A DNA stretch of 64,000 nt from Methanosarcinales archaeon (GTDB lineage: Archaea; Halobacteriota; Methanosarcinia; Methanosarcinales; Methanosarcinaceae), in the NCBI GenBank assembly GCA_031260345.1, contig JAIRKA010000071.1, positions 781-64,780 of the forward strand. The letters run 5' to 3'. Below are positions 32,786-43,130 of the stretch, piece after piece (within the stretch, counting starts at the first letter, position 1; each line of letters begins with the position of its first letter). The translations under genes were made by a program, and so were the position numbers. Below the pieces are notes generated by a model that made no database searches, was not told where the DNA came from, and worked only from the letters and a program-made list of their open reading frames with translations.

Positions 32786-33823
32786 GTGTCAAAATTCGAT
32801 CCCGTTTTTATGGCGAAAAGCGCTTGGCAGATGAAAGTTCGAAGACGCCCCGTGACAATTTCCCATTCCGTCAATTCCGGGTGCAACTTGCGCTGCGCTT
32901 TTTGTGATGAATGGAAAAAAGATTCGAAAGATCCTTCTTTTGAAGATATTTGCAAAATCATTGATTTGGCGGCTGATTTCGGAATCGGTTCCTACAATGC
33001 TTGGTCTACCGAGCCGCTTTTGAGAAAGGATTTGCCGGAAATTATGAAATATGCCAAATCCAAAGGGATGAAGACATTCATGATTACAAACGGTTTGCTG
33101 CTCAAGAAAAGAATTCATGAGCTCAAAGATGTCGATTACATTTCCGTTTCCGTTGACGGGCCGACATCGACGCGTGAAATTCGCGGCGCTGATTATGAGA
33201 CAATTATTGAAGGCATTCGCTGCGCTTCCGAAGGCGGATTTTTGAATCAGCCGCTTTTGATGAACTGCGTTATCAGCGGCAAAAATCTAAATGAAGTGGC
33301 TGATCTTCTGCGTTTTGCCAAAGAACTCGGAAACGTCAAAATGGCGGTTGAACCGCTTTATACTTTTAAGCGGATGGGGGATACCGACTGGAATGATTTA
33401 ATCATCACCGATGAGCAGAAACCGGAGTTCATTTCGCTTATGAATGAGTTGATCGAGCTCAAAAAACAAGGCTATCCTTTGATTAATTCCAAAACGTATC
33501 TGAAACAAATCCGAGACGGTAAGCTGATTCGAAATTGCCGCGTTGATCGCGGAATTTTAGCGGTGGATCATCACAATGATTTATACAATTGCCGTATTCA
33601 CAACAAGCCGCTTGGAAATGTGATTGAAGAATCTGTTTTTGATGTTTCTCAAGAAGACGGGGAAATTAAGAAAAACGGAATCACGAAAATTTGGAATCGA
33701 ACAAAAAAAGAAAGAAAAGAAATAATTCAAAATTGCGAAGGCTGCCAGTTTTTCGGCTACGCTGAACTGACGCTCATGAATAATTATAATATTGAATCAT
33801 TTTACGGATATGAATGGCTGTGA
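32786..33823 (+). CDS. Radical SAM protein with C-terminal SPASM/twitch-like cysteines
   Basis: CNLRCAFC motif, TEPLLRKD, SVDG, C-terminal C...C...CEGC. Confidence 0.88.
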   Translation: MSKFDPVFMAKSAWQMKVRRRPVTISHSVNSGCNLRCAFCDEWKKDSKDPSFEDICKIIDLAADFGIGSYNAWSTEPLLRKDLPEIMKYAKSKGMKTFMITNGLLLKKRIHELKDVDYISVSVDGPTSTREIRGADYETIIEGIRCASEGGFLNQPLLMNCVISGKNLNEVADLLRFAKELGNVKMAVEPLYTFKRMGDTDWNDLIITDEQKPEFISLMNELIELKKQGYPLINSKTYLKQIRDGKLIRNCRVDRGILAVDHHNDLYNCRIHNKPLGNVIEESVFDVSQEDGEIKKNGITKIWNRTKKERKEIIQNCEGCQFFGYAELTLMNNYNIESFYGYEWL

Positions 33824-34127
33824 CGCCTATCCGGCGACGCTTATTCTGTGCCGTCTGTATATATTTTCGAATCGGGTTCTTTTTCGAAGAACAAAATTTA
33901 TAAACCCTGAATGTATTAGGGGGTTACAAATCGGGCTTATAGTCTGTACGTTAATCCGCGCCTCAAGGGGCTAACCATCATACATAGGATGTTTTTTCGG
34001 AGTGGCTGAAAAAGCAATGGTGTAATTAAGCGGATTTTTTGATGAATTACAGCGGTTGGTTGCCGTTTTTGTTTTTCATCGTTATCAAGATTTAATTCAA
34101 ATAATTCATTCACTTGGAGATATTATC

Positions 34128-34649
34128 ATGGTTAGAAAACCGGCATGTATGTACAGAAACATCAGATCACGCTCCTTCACCAGAAGAGAGTACATGGGTG
34201 GCGTTCCCGGCATTCAGATTATCCACTACGACATGGGTAACTTAACAAGACAGGACTACCCCGTCAAGTTATCACTGCTCGTTACAGAAAAATGCGCAAT
34301 CAGACACACGGCTCTTGAAGCGGCTCGTATTACTGCAAACAGACACATGGTCAACACGGCAGGCAGAGGCAACTTCCACATCAAGTTGAGACTTTACCCG
34401 CACGAAGTCCTCAGAGAAAACAAACAGGCTACCGGTGCCGGTGCTGACCGTATTTCAAGCGGTATGAGAGGCGCTTTCGGTAAGAACGTCGGAACCGCAG
34501 CGCGTGTTGTCCCGCTCCAGAAAGTCTTTACCATTTCATGCGACAAGGAACACTTCCTCGCCGCAAAGAAAGCACTCAAGAATGCCGGACAGAAACTCCC
34601 GACGCCCACAAGAATCATCATTGACAAGGGCGCCGAATTGGTTTTATAA
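34128..34649 (+). CDS. rpl10e: 50S ribosomal protein uL16 (L10e)
   Basis: [42 protein letters not shown]; start at ATG 34128. Confidence 0.97.
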   Translation: MVRKPACMYRNIRSRSFTRREYMGGVPGIQIIHYDMGNLTRQDYPVKLSLLVTEKCAIRHTALEAARITANRHMVNTAGRGNFHIKLRLYPHEVLRENKQATGAGADRISSGMRGAFGKNVGTAARVVPLQKVFTISCDKEHFLAAKKALKNAGQKLPTPTRIIIDKGAELVL

Positions 34650-34650
34650 A

Positions 34651-34729
34651 TTTGGTCGGCCCGAAGGGGCGGCCAAACTTGGAGCTTTGGTCGGCCCGAA
34701 GGGGCGGCCAATCATCAAAAAGCTCCAAG
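34651..34729 (+). repeat. Family A repeat, nested double copy
   Basis: TTGGTCGGCCCGAAGGGGCGGCCAA occurs twice; the second copy sits inside the CTTGGAGCT...AGCTCCAAG hairpin. Confidence 0.85.
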
Positions 34730-35065
34730 GCGTTTTCTTTTTTTCATTTCTTTGTCTTCTATTTCGTTTAGCAGTTGCGTTTGTCGCTTTCTACTGTCTG
34801 CGATCGCGCGCGAGTTGCATAAGTTTTTTGCAAAAAGCAAAATCCGAAGCCGTTTTTTCAAGAATCATAATTCACAAAAAAGGTCTGCATTTTTATAAAT
34901 GACTTCACAATTAGGTTTGTTGTAAAGCCTTTTATAATATCTCAGTCTTCTGAAAAGACAAACATATTAATACGGTACTTTTTCAATACTCATTAATATC
35001 ATTTCAATTGATTATTCAATTTTCAATTTTTTAAAATTATCATCAAAAACAAGAGGGATTAGATT

Positions 35066-35674
35066 ATGGACGATTATGAAAAACTTTTAAGCCGGGCGAT
35101 TGAACACCTTCCTGAGGAGGAGAAAACGGATGAGCGTTTCACCGTCCCCGAAGCAAAACTCTTTTCGGAAGGCAAAACAACGGTTTTGGACAACTTTGCA
35201 AACATTGCAAGCATTCTTCGCCGTGATCAGGATCACGTGATGAAATATCTCACGCGCGAGCTCGGCACCGCCGGTAAAATTGAAGGCGGGCGTGCTGTTT
35301 TTCAGGGCAGGTATACAAGAGATCAAATGGATGCCAACATTCAGAACTATGTTGATGAATACGTCATGTGCTCCGAATGCAACCGCCCGGATACGGCGCT
35401 TGGAAAACGCGAACGCGTTTTGATTCTGCAGTGCGCCGCCTGCGGTGCTCACCGCCCCGTTAAAAAGAGGCAGACAACAGCAAGCAAAGTCGTCGCCACG
35501 CTTGAAGAAGGCAGCACTTATGAAATCAACATTGAAGCAGTCGGCTCCAAAGGCGACGGTATTGCTAAATTCGATAAATTTACAATTTTCGTTCCGGGCG
35601 CGGCCAAAGGTCAGACTTTGAATGTGAAAATCAAGAAAATTTCAGGATATTTGGCTTTTGCCGAGAAAGCTTAA
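35066..35674 (+). CDS. Translation initiation factor aIF2-beta with C-terminal TRAM domain
   Basis: [16 protein letters not shown]...CAACGA zinc ribbon, [13 protein letters not shown] motif. Confidence 0.95.
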   Translation: MDDYEKLLSRAIEHLPEEEKTDERFTVPEAKLFSEGKTTVLDNFANIASILRRDQDHVMKYLTRELGTAGKIEGGRAVFQGRYTRDQMDANIQNYVDEYVMCSECNRPDTALGKRERVLILQCAACGAHRPVKKRQTTASKVVATLEEGSTYEINIEAVGSKGDGIAKFDKFTIFVPGAAKGQTLNVKIKKISGYLAFAEKA

Positions 35675-35799
35675 AACCCGAAAAATCAGGAAACCGAAAA
35701 ATGCCGTTTATTAAAACGGCCCGGTTTCTTTTTATCATTTTTTTGAATCATTTTAATGGAATCATTGAATGAATCTTTTATAATACGGGTGTCACTAAA

Positions 35800-37011
35800 A
35801 TGAAACAGTCTGTCAATGTTTTCAAGATGCGCGGTCTTTCCGTTAACGCAAGCCGAACAGAGGACGGGAAAATAGAATTGTCCGCCGCCGGCATTCTTGA
35901 ATTCGCAGCCCGTCCTTTTTTGTCGGTTGCCAACAAACATCTGAAGGCTGAAAAACCAGCTCTTGTGACAGCGTCTGCGGTTTATCCTTCTGCCTGGCTT
36001 CCGCCGATTCCGAGCCCCGCTTTCAAGCGGCTCGTCAAAGACGAAATCGGCATCAGTTTTGGAAAGTATGTTCCGGAAACGGTTTCAATTGAGGTGACGC
36101 GCAAGTTTAATCCAAACGCCGAGAGTTATGCGAAAAAGAATCCGATGAGAAATGCCGGTCACGTTGATTTTGACAATCCTTATCTTTCAGTTGACCCGCC
36201 TGCCGATTTAATCTGTAAAGCTATTGATGAAGCGTTGGATATGGGTGCCGTCGTCATCACTTTTACGGAAGGTGATCCGCTTTTGAATGAAAATATTGTC
36301 GAGTATGTTCGATATGTTGACAAATCCAAAGCGGTTGTCATGGCTTATACTTGGGGACTTGATTTTGATTTGGAAAAAGCGAAGCAGTTGCAAAAGGCCG
36401 GTCTCCAGACGCTTCTTGTCAGCATTTATTCAACGAATCCTGCCGTTCATGACCAAAAACGCGGCATTCCCGGCGCTTACGACAAAGCGATTGCAGCGAT
36501 CCGATTCGGTTTGGAAGCCGGGCTGTTGGTGACGATGGCAACGCATTTGGACGGCGCGAAGGTCGGCGAAATGGAAGGTTTGTGGAAACTTGCAGGCGAA
36601 CTCGGCGTTCATGAGTTTTCAATTTGGGAATCCGTTCCGACGCTGGATGGCGAAAGCCGAATGAATGATTCTCAGCGCAAAGTGATTAATGATTTTTATC
36701 GAAAAGTCAATGCGGTTGATGACGGCACGCCGCGTATCTTTTCGAATACAATTTTTGAAGGCGAAATGTTCGGCGCGATGGCCGGGCGGCGCTGGCTGCA
36801 CGTGACAACGGAAGGAGATATGCAGCCCGATCCGTATATTCCGCTTTCTTACGGCAATATCAATGAAGTGCCGATGAAAACGGCTTGGAAGCGGATGCGA
36901 AAGGAGCCTGAACTTCGGGAGAAGCGGGACGCGCACGTTCTTTACGATCCGAATTATCTTCAAAAGGTTCGAAAAGCAAATGATTGGGATTTCAGGATAC
37001 CGAAAAAATAA
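35800..37011 (+). CDS. Radical SAM/SPASM-like protein lacking Fe-S cysteines
   Basis: Fold motifs present (SIEVTR, FTEGDPLL, VSIYS...HD..RG..GAYDKA, AGRRWLHV..EGD..P.PY.P...GNI) but only one Cys in 403 aa. Confidence 0.75.
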   Translation: MKQSVNVFKMRGLSVNASRTEDGKIELSAAGILEFAARPFLSVANKHLKAEKPALVTASAVYPSAWLPPIPSPAFKRLVKDEIGISFGKYVPETVSIEVTRKFNPNAESYAKKNPMRNAGHVDFDNPYLSVDPPADLICKAIDEALDMGAVVITFTEGDPLLNENIVEYVRYVDKSKAVVMAYTWGLDFDLEKAKQLQKAGLQTLLVSIYSTNPAVHDQKRGIPGAYDKAIAAIRFGLEAGLLVTMATHLDGAKVGEMEGLWKLAGELGVHEFSIWESVPTLDGESRMNDSQRKVINDFYRKVNAVDDGTPRIFSNTIFEGEMFGAMAGRRWLHVTTEGDMQPDPYIPLSYGNINEVPMKTAWKRMRKEPELREKRDAHVLYDPNYLQKVRKANDWDFRIPKK

Positions 37012-37111
37012 AAACGGTGATGAACCTAATTCCCTCTTGAGTTTGTTTAATTTCCAATTTGTAAGTTTTATAATTTCATAATTTTTTATATTATACCTGG
37101 AGGCAAAATTT

Positions 37112-37396
37112 ATGGCAAAAAAAGAAATGGAAGAAGTTGTCGTGGATATTGATGATGACACGCCGACCGCATATTCTGAAATTAAAATGGGCGGCGGCTG
37201 GTACATGGCGATTTCTTTGGAGAGAAGCGAACGCTTTGACAAAGAATACGTTGAAATTTCAAAAGAGCGCGCCGGCAAAAAGAAATCCCGCTTCAACTTG
37301 AGTCCCAAGCACACGCGCATTTTGGGTGAAGCGCTCATCAAGTTCGCTGACGAAAATGATTTGGACAATTTCGACAGCAAAGGCGATGAAGAATAA
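37112..37396 (+). CDS. Small hypothetical protein
   Basis: GGAGG ribosome-binding site; 94 aa with protein-like composition. Confidence 0.75.
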   Translation: MAKKEMEEVVVDIDDDTPTAYSEIKMGGGWYMAISLERSERFDKEYVEISKERAGKKKSRFNLSPKHTRILGEALIKFADENDLDNFDSKGDEE

Positions 37397-37407
37397 TTTT
37401 TCGGATT

Positions 37408-37452
37408 TTGGCCGCTCCGCAGGAACGGCCAAGCTTGGAGCGCAGCTTCAAG
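37408..37452 (+). repeat. Family A palindromic repeat
   Basis: TTGGCCG-CTCC-GCA-GGAA-CGGCCAA then CTTGGAGC-GCA-GCTTCAAG. Confidence 0.85.
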
Positions 37453-37838
37453 TGATTTCAATTCCGGAATTTCAACTATTTTTTAGGAACTTCCGCTCGT
37501 ATTCCCTCTTTTTCCTTTTACTCGCCTCGGGCCGAAGAAGTAAGATTCATCGGCCTTTCAGCTTCTCTTTGAATCGGTGATTTTTTAGATTCACATAATT
37601 TCGGTAATCTGTTTGACGGTTTGCTGTCAAATACTTGTTGTTTTTTGACGTTTGTTCCGTTTTTCAAATTATTTTCTTTTAATCAATTTTATTACCAGAA
37701 AACTATTTTCAACATCGGGCGACATTTTTATATATTTTACAAAGCATATGTGATTAATTTAAACATTTGTTTATTTACAGATGCATTTGTCTATTTGTAT
37801 ATACATTTGTTTATTTTGATTTATGAGGATTGTTTACT

Positions 37839-40800
37839 ATGGGTATTTCAAAAAAATATTTATTAATTTCTTTTATCACGATTGCTCTGTTTTTGGGTTT
37901 GTGCGGCACTGCTGCTGCAGCAGACACAATTCATGTTAACGAAAGCTTGTTTATACATATCGGCAGCGGCGATACAATGACTGATGCCTTGGGGTTGGGG
38001 CCTTTCACATGGTCTCTTAACGCAAATTACATTCTTGTCGAAGATATTGACCTGTCATCGGGTTTTACTCCGATCGGCAATTGGACAGATCCCTTTACAG
38101 GAACTTTTGACGGTCAAGATTAGACAATTTCTAATCTGTCTTTTGTTGGAAGCGGCATGATGGGTTTATTTGGATAGACCGATGGTGCGAGAATCAAAAA
38201 CGTTACTTTGGATAATGTTCATACAAATTCGATTAATAATGTCGGTTCTTTAATCGGCTGCGGTCTAAATACAACTGTTGAAAATTGTCACACTACGAAT
38301 GGCCGTCTCGTGCAAGGCGGCGGCGTCGGTGTCGGCGGTTTAATCGGATATTTGGAGAACAGTACTGTTTCAAACAGTTCATTTTCCGGAGAAATCAGCG
38401 GAAGTTTTAATGTCGGCGGTTTTGTCGGTCATCTCGTGAACAGCACTGTCACGGATTCCAACAGCGCTGTCGTTGTTCGCGGCGGTAATTGGTCAATCGG
38501 CGGTTTTGTCGGCCGTCTTGATTCGGACAGCGTTATCATGAGGTCACACAGTTCCGGAAGTTTCCAAACCGGCGGTCCGGTAGGGGTAGGAACTCCCAGT
38601 CGTTCCGGCGGCTTTGTCGGGATATCACAGGGTACCATCTCCGACAGCAGTTCTTCGGTTGATATCTTTGCATACGCAGGGAGGGATGAGCTTGGCGGCT
38701 TTGTCGGCCGTCTTGAGTCGGACGGTATCATCAAAAACTCAAGCAGCTCGGGCAATGTCAGCGGAGAACATGTTATTGGCGGGTTTGTCGGGTATTCTGA
38801 AGGTGAGATCCGTTACAGCTATTCTACAGGCGATGTAACAGTTCGTTCGCAATGGTCCATTGATTGGAACAGCTGTTTTGGAGGTTTTGTCGGGGCGGTT
38901 GACAGCGGTGCTTTGATTTCCAACAGTTTTGCATCCGGTGATGTCTCAGGGCATAACAATGTCGGCGGCTTTGTCGGGTCTTTTAATGCGGATTATTTTT
39001 TAATTGAATACTGCTACGCTGTCGGCAGTGTTTCCGGAAATGATAATGTCGGCGGTTTTACGGGCGGAGCCGGTCAGGGGAGTGACGCAGAGCTTAATTC
39101 CGGTTTAATCCGATCCAGTTTCTTCAGATTAAATAACGGCGGCGGTATAAGCTGTTATGCCATTCCCGAATACAGCGTCAATTTAATGAAAATGACTACT
39201 TTCTCAGCCGAAGGCTGGTCTATTTCATCTGCGCCGAACGCTGATTATATTTGGTATATCGAAGAAGACGCTGCATATCCGAAATTCTACTGGCAATATA
39301 CATATGTGCCCACGATCACGATTACAGCCAACAGCGGCACGTTTGACTTTGACGGCACTGAGAAGAGTGTCAGCGGCCTCGCTTCTACTGTCTGGGCAGG
39401 CGGTCAGCCCGTCGGCGCTACCCTCGGCGGTTTGAGTGCGAGCGCAGCACGTACTGTTCCCGGCACGACCGAAGTGCTTGTGACGGGCACCGCTCAGGTA
39501 ATGCTTGGCGGCACAGACGTGACGGCAAATTACAATATCGTCAGGACTTCCGGCGAGTTGGTAATCAACAGCCGGACTGACGGCACCGGCGGTACCGATG
39601 ACACCAGAATCACGATCACAGTGACAGCCAACAGCGGCACGTTTGATTTTGACGGCACTGAGAAGAGTGTCAGCGGCTTCGCCTCTACTGTCTGGTCTGA
39701 CGGCAACCCCGGAGGCGCAGCCCTCAGCGGTCTGAGTGCGAACGCAGCACGTGCCATTCCTGGTACGGCCGAAGTGCTTGTGACGGGCACCGCTCAGGTA
39801 ATGCTTGGCGGCGCAGACGTGACGGCGAATTATAATATCGTCAGGCTTCCCGGCACATTGACGGTCAACGAACCGGACGAAGGGAGCAGGATCACGATTA
39901 CAGTTACGGCCGACAGCGACACGTTTGACTTCGACGGCACCGAAAAAGTTGTCAGCGGCTTTACCGCTGTTTGGGCGGGCGGTCAGCCTGAAGGCGCAGC
40001 CCTCAGCGGCCTGAGCGCGAGCGCGTCACGTACTCTTCCGGGAACGACCGATGTGTTTGTTACGGGAACTGCCCTGATAATGCTTGACGGCACAGATGTG
40101 ACGGCAAATTACAATATCGTCAGGACTTCCGGTGAGTTGGTAATCAACAGCCGAACCGACGGCACCGGCGGCACCGATGACAACAGGATTACGATCACGG
40201 CGACAGCCGACAGCGGCATGTTTGATTTTGACGGCACTGAAAAAGATGTCAGCGGCTTTACCGCTGTCTGGACAGGCGGTCAGCCCGTCGGCGCAGTCCT
40301 CAGCGGTCTGAGCGCGAACGCGGCACGTACCCTTCCGGGAACGACTGATGTGTTTGTTACGGGAACTGCCCAGGTAATGCTTGACGGCGCAGATGTGACG
40401 GCGAATTACGATATCATCAAGCTGCCCGGTACTCTGACAGTAAACGCGTTGACAGACGGCACCGGCGGCACTGATGATAACAGGATCATGATCACGGTGA
40501 CAGCCGACAGCGGCACGTTTGACTTCGACGGCACTGAGAAGAGTGTCAGCAGCTTTACCGTTGACTGGTCTGACGGCAACCCCGGAGGCGCTGTCCTCAG
40601 CGGTCTGGACGCGAGCGCATCGCGTATCGCTCCCGGTACGACCGATGTGCTTGTGACGGGAACCGCACAGGTAATGCTTGACGGCGCAGATGTGACGGCG
40701 AATTACGATATCGTCAAGCTGCCCGGCACTCTGACAGTAAACGCATTGATAGACGGCACCGGCGGTACCGATGATAACAGAATCGTGATCACGGTTACAG

Positions 40801-41330
40801 CCAACAGCGGCACGTTTGACTTTGACGGCACCGAGAAGAGTGTCAGCGGCTTTACCGTCGAATGGTCTGACGGGCAACCCGAAGACGCAGTCCTCAGCGG
40901 TCTGGACGCGAGCGCGTCACGCACCGTTCCCGGTACGACTGAAGTGCTTGTGACGGGAACCGCCGAGATAATACTTGACGACGCAGACGTGACGGCGAAT
41001 TACAATATCATCAAGCTGCCCGGCGAATTGATAATCAACGAGCCGGCCGCCGGTACCGGTGGTGGCGGCAGCGGCACGGGCAATGCAACTATTGTTCCGC
41101 CTGCCGGCGATACAGGTTACGAAATTGACGTTCTGTCACAAGACGAATCGGGAGAAAACGGCAGCGGCGTTAACGGAAGCGACAGTAATGTGCGCGGTTT
41201 CGGAGGAGAAACGGAGTCTTCTTGGAGTGGGTGGCATTTCGCGCTTCTTTTACTTGGAGCTGCAATCGGCCTGCTCCTCTTGCTCTTTTTCTACAGAAAG
41301 AGAAAAAATAATAAAGAAAAAGCGAATTGA
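37839..41330 (+). CDS. GLUG plus six MBG-like repeat adhesin with two in-frame TAG codons (38121-38123, 38175-38177); probable pyrrolysine readthrough, alternatively a young pseudogene
   Basis: ORFs 37830-38123 and 38208-41330 share a frame. The bridge reads FDGQD*TISNLSFVGSGMMGLFG*TDGARIKNVTLDNV and is colinear with the three GLUG paralogs. Signal peptide at the N-terminus, TM plus RKRK at the C-terminus. Confidence 0.75.
39310..41040 (+). repeat. Six tandem coding repeats of about 280-300 bp (MBG-like stalk domains)
   Basis: Six copies of ITxTA(N/D)SxxFDFDGTEK...DVTANY(N/D)I...G(T/E)L with high DNA similarity. Confidence 0.9.
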
Positions 41331-41459
41331 AAAAGGGTAAATCTCTTTTTTAATTTTTATTTTTGAAAAATGCGCTTTCGTTTTTTGAAATATATTTCAA
41401 AAAATTAAACGGTCTAAGCCAATAAACGAAATTTAAATCAAGAATTGAATCAAATGAAA

Positions 41460-42083
41460 TTAAACCAATTTCTTGATCTTCTCAAGAATGATTTTTTCAT
41501 TTTCTTCCGGCGGCTTTTCAGCGTCAATGATCACAAACCGCTCTGGTTCGTCTTCTGCCAGTTTTCTGAAATTCGCCGTCACTTCTTTTAAGAAGTCAAC
41601 GCGTTCGAATTTGGTCTGCGCGCCGCGGTCTTTGCATCTTTCACAGGAAACTTCGGGACGAATGTCAAAAAAGAAAGTTAAATCCGGTTTGATTGTCCAT
41701 GGTTCATGCAGGCGGCGGACAAAATTGAACGCGTCGGGAATCGTATTTTTCAGTGTCGCGCCTTGATACGCGCAGCGGCTGTCGGAGTAGCGGTCGGAAA
41801 TGACCAAATTGCCGGCGTCAAGCGCTGGCCGGACCGTTTCCGCCAAATGCGCGGCGTGGTCCGCTAAAAAGAGGAAAAGTTCAGCCAAAGGATCGACATG
41901 GTTTTCAATTGCTGCATAAACGGCATTTCCCGTGAGCGTCTCTTTCGTCGGCTCGCGCGTAAAAACGGTTCCCGTCTCCCAAAGCGGGGCGGATTCATTC
42001 AACTTTTGAAGGCGGGAGAGCATTGTGCTTTTCCCGGATCCGTCGATTCCTTCAAATGTGACCAATTTTCCTTTTCCTGTCAT
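41460..42083 (-). CDS. tmk: Thymidylate kinase
   Basis: FEGIDGSGKST, TREP and SDRYSDS..AYQG motifs. Confidence 0.95.
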   Translation of the reverse strand: MTGKGKLVTFEGIDGSGKSTMLSRLQKLNESAPLWETGTVFTREPTKETLTGNAVYAAIENHVDPLAELFLFLADHAAHLAETVRPALDAGNLVISDRYSDSRCAYQGATLKNTIPDAFNFVRRLHEPWTIKPDLTFFFDIRPEVSCERCKDRGAQTKFERVDFLKEVTANFRKLAEDEPERFVIIDAEKPPEENEKIILEKIKKLV

Positions 42084-42126
42084 CAGACATTTTTAGCGTT
42101 TGAAATGATATTATCCTTTTCATTCT

Positions 42127-42190
42127 TTGACCGGTCCGAAGGAACGGTCAATCAACTTTTGGCTGGTCCGAAGGAGCGGTCAATCAACTT
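42127..42190 (+). repeat. Family A repeat, tandem 32-bp dimer
   Basis: TTGACCGGTCCGAAGGAACGGTCAATCAACTT followed by TTGGCTGGTCCGAAGGAGCGGTCAATCAACTT. Confidence 0.85.
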
Positions 42191-42440
42191 TAAGCATTTG
42201 AATAAGTATTTAAAACGAAATTATCCTTTCACCCAATTCATTCATTTATCCACAAAGTTTAAGAGTAATGCCTTTCATTCAACAAGCAATTACAACCGTG
42301 TCAAATATATTTCGTTTTTTGCTATTATTTCAAAAGGCGACGGCACAGCGTCTGAATATGTCAAAAACTTGCCGCGTTGTGCGGTCATATTTTCTGTTTG
42401 GACGGCAATAAATTTCATAAAGCAGACAGGTTATGATTCT

Positions 42441-43130
42441 GTGAACTTTTCTCATTTCAGCAAAAAACCGGTAAATCATTCGTTTAAACTCTTCGTGTTT
42501 GATATGGACAGTACTCTGATTGACGCAGAGGTCATTGACGAACTTGCAAAAGCTGCCGGGACGGAAGAAGAGGTTTCGCAGATTACCGAAGCCGCAATGA
42601 ACGGCGAAATGGATTATACTGAATCCTTTCAGATGCGTGTTAACTCTTTAAAAGGGCTGTCTTATGAAAAAGCGCTGGAGCAAACCGGCAAAATTCAATT
42701 GATGTCGGGCGCAGCTGACTTAGTGAAATACATCCGTGAAAACGGCAGCCAAATCGCGATGCTGACCGGCGGGTTCAGTATAGTGGCCGACAAAGTGAAA
42801 GAGCAATTGAATCTGGATTACGCTTATTCAAATGAATTGGTTGTCATAGACGGTATTTTGACAGGTGAAGCAACAGGGCCTTTAATGGTCACGAACGCCA
42901 AAGCCATCGTTTTAGATGAATTGGTTCAAAAAACAGGCGTTCCGTATGAAGAATGTTTGGTTATCGGCGACGGTGCCAATGACATTTGCCTGTTTGAAAA
43001 GGCAGGTTTCTCAATTGCGTTTAATGCAAAACCGCATGTTCAGGAACGAGCCCGCGCGGTTGTTTCCGGAAAAAATTTGCGCGACGTGATTCCCGTTCTG
43101 GAATCAATAATGGCGCCACCGGAGCCTTAA
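42441..43130 (+). CDS. serB: Phosphoserine phosphatase
   Basis: FDMDSTLI, ITEAAMNGE, TGGF and GDGAND motifs; GTG start after ACAGGT. Confidence 0.93.
   Translation: MNFSHFSKKPVNHSFKLFVFDMDSTLIDAEVIDELAKAAGTEEEVSQITEAAMNGEMDYTESFQMRVNSLKGLSYEKALEQTGKIQLMSGAADLVKYIRENGSQIAMLTGGFSIVADKVKEQLNLDYAYSNELVVIDGILTGEATGPLMVTNAKAIVLDELVQKTGVPYEECLVIGDGANDICLFEKAGFSIAFNAKPHVQERARAVVSGKNLRDVIPVLESIMAPPEP

Noticed and set aside
17609-41330. Diversity-generating retroelement acting on GLUG genes
   Set aside because: No reverse transcriptase gene in the window, and differences between the near-identical 3' ends and the TAY-to-TAG changes are not adenine-specific.
42296-42405. Possible structured leader upstream of serB
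   Set aside because: Only short stems (6-9 bp) were found, within chance expectation.
41898-42440. 181-codon N-terminal extension of serB in the ORF track
   Set aside because: It overlaps tmk on the opposite strand and a repeat dimer and has no domain-like sequence; a GTG start at 42441 fits SerB length.
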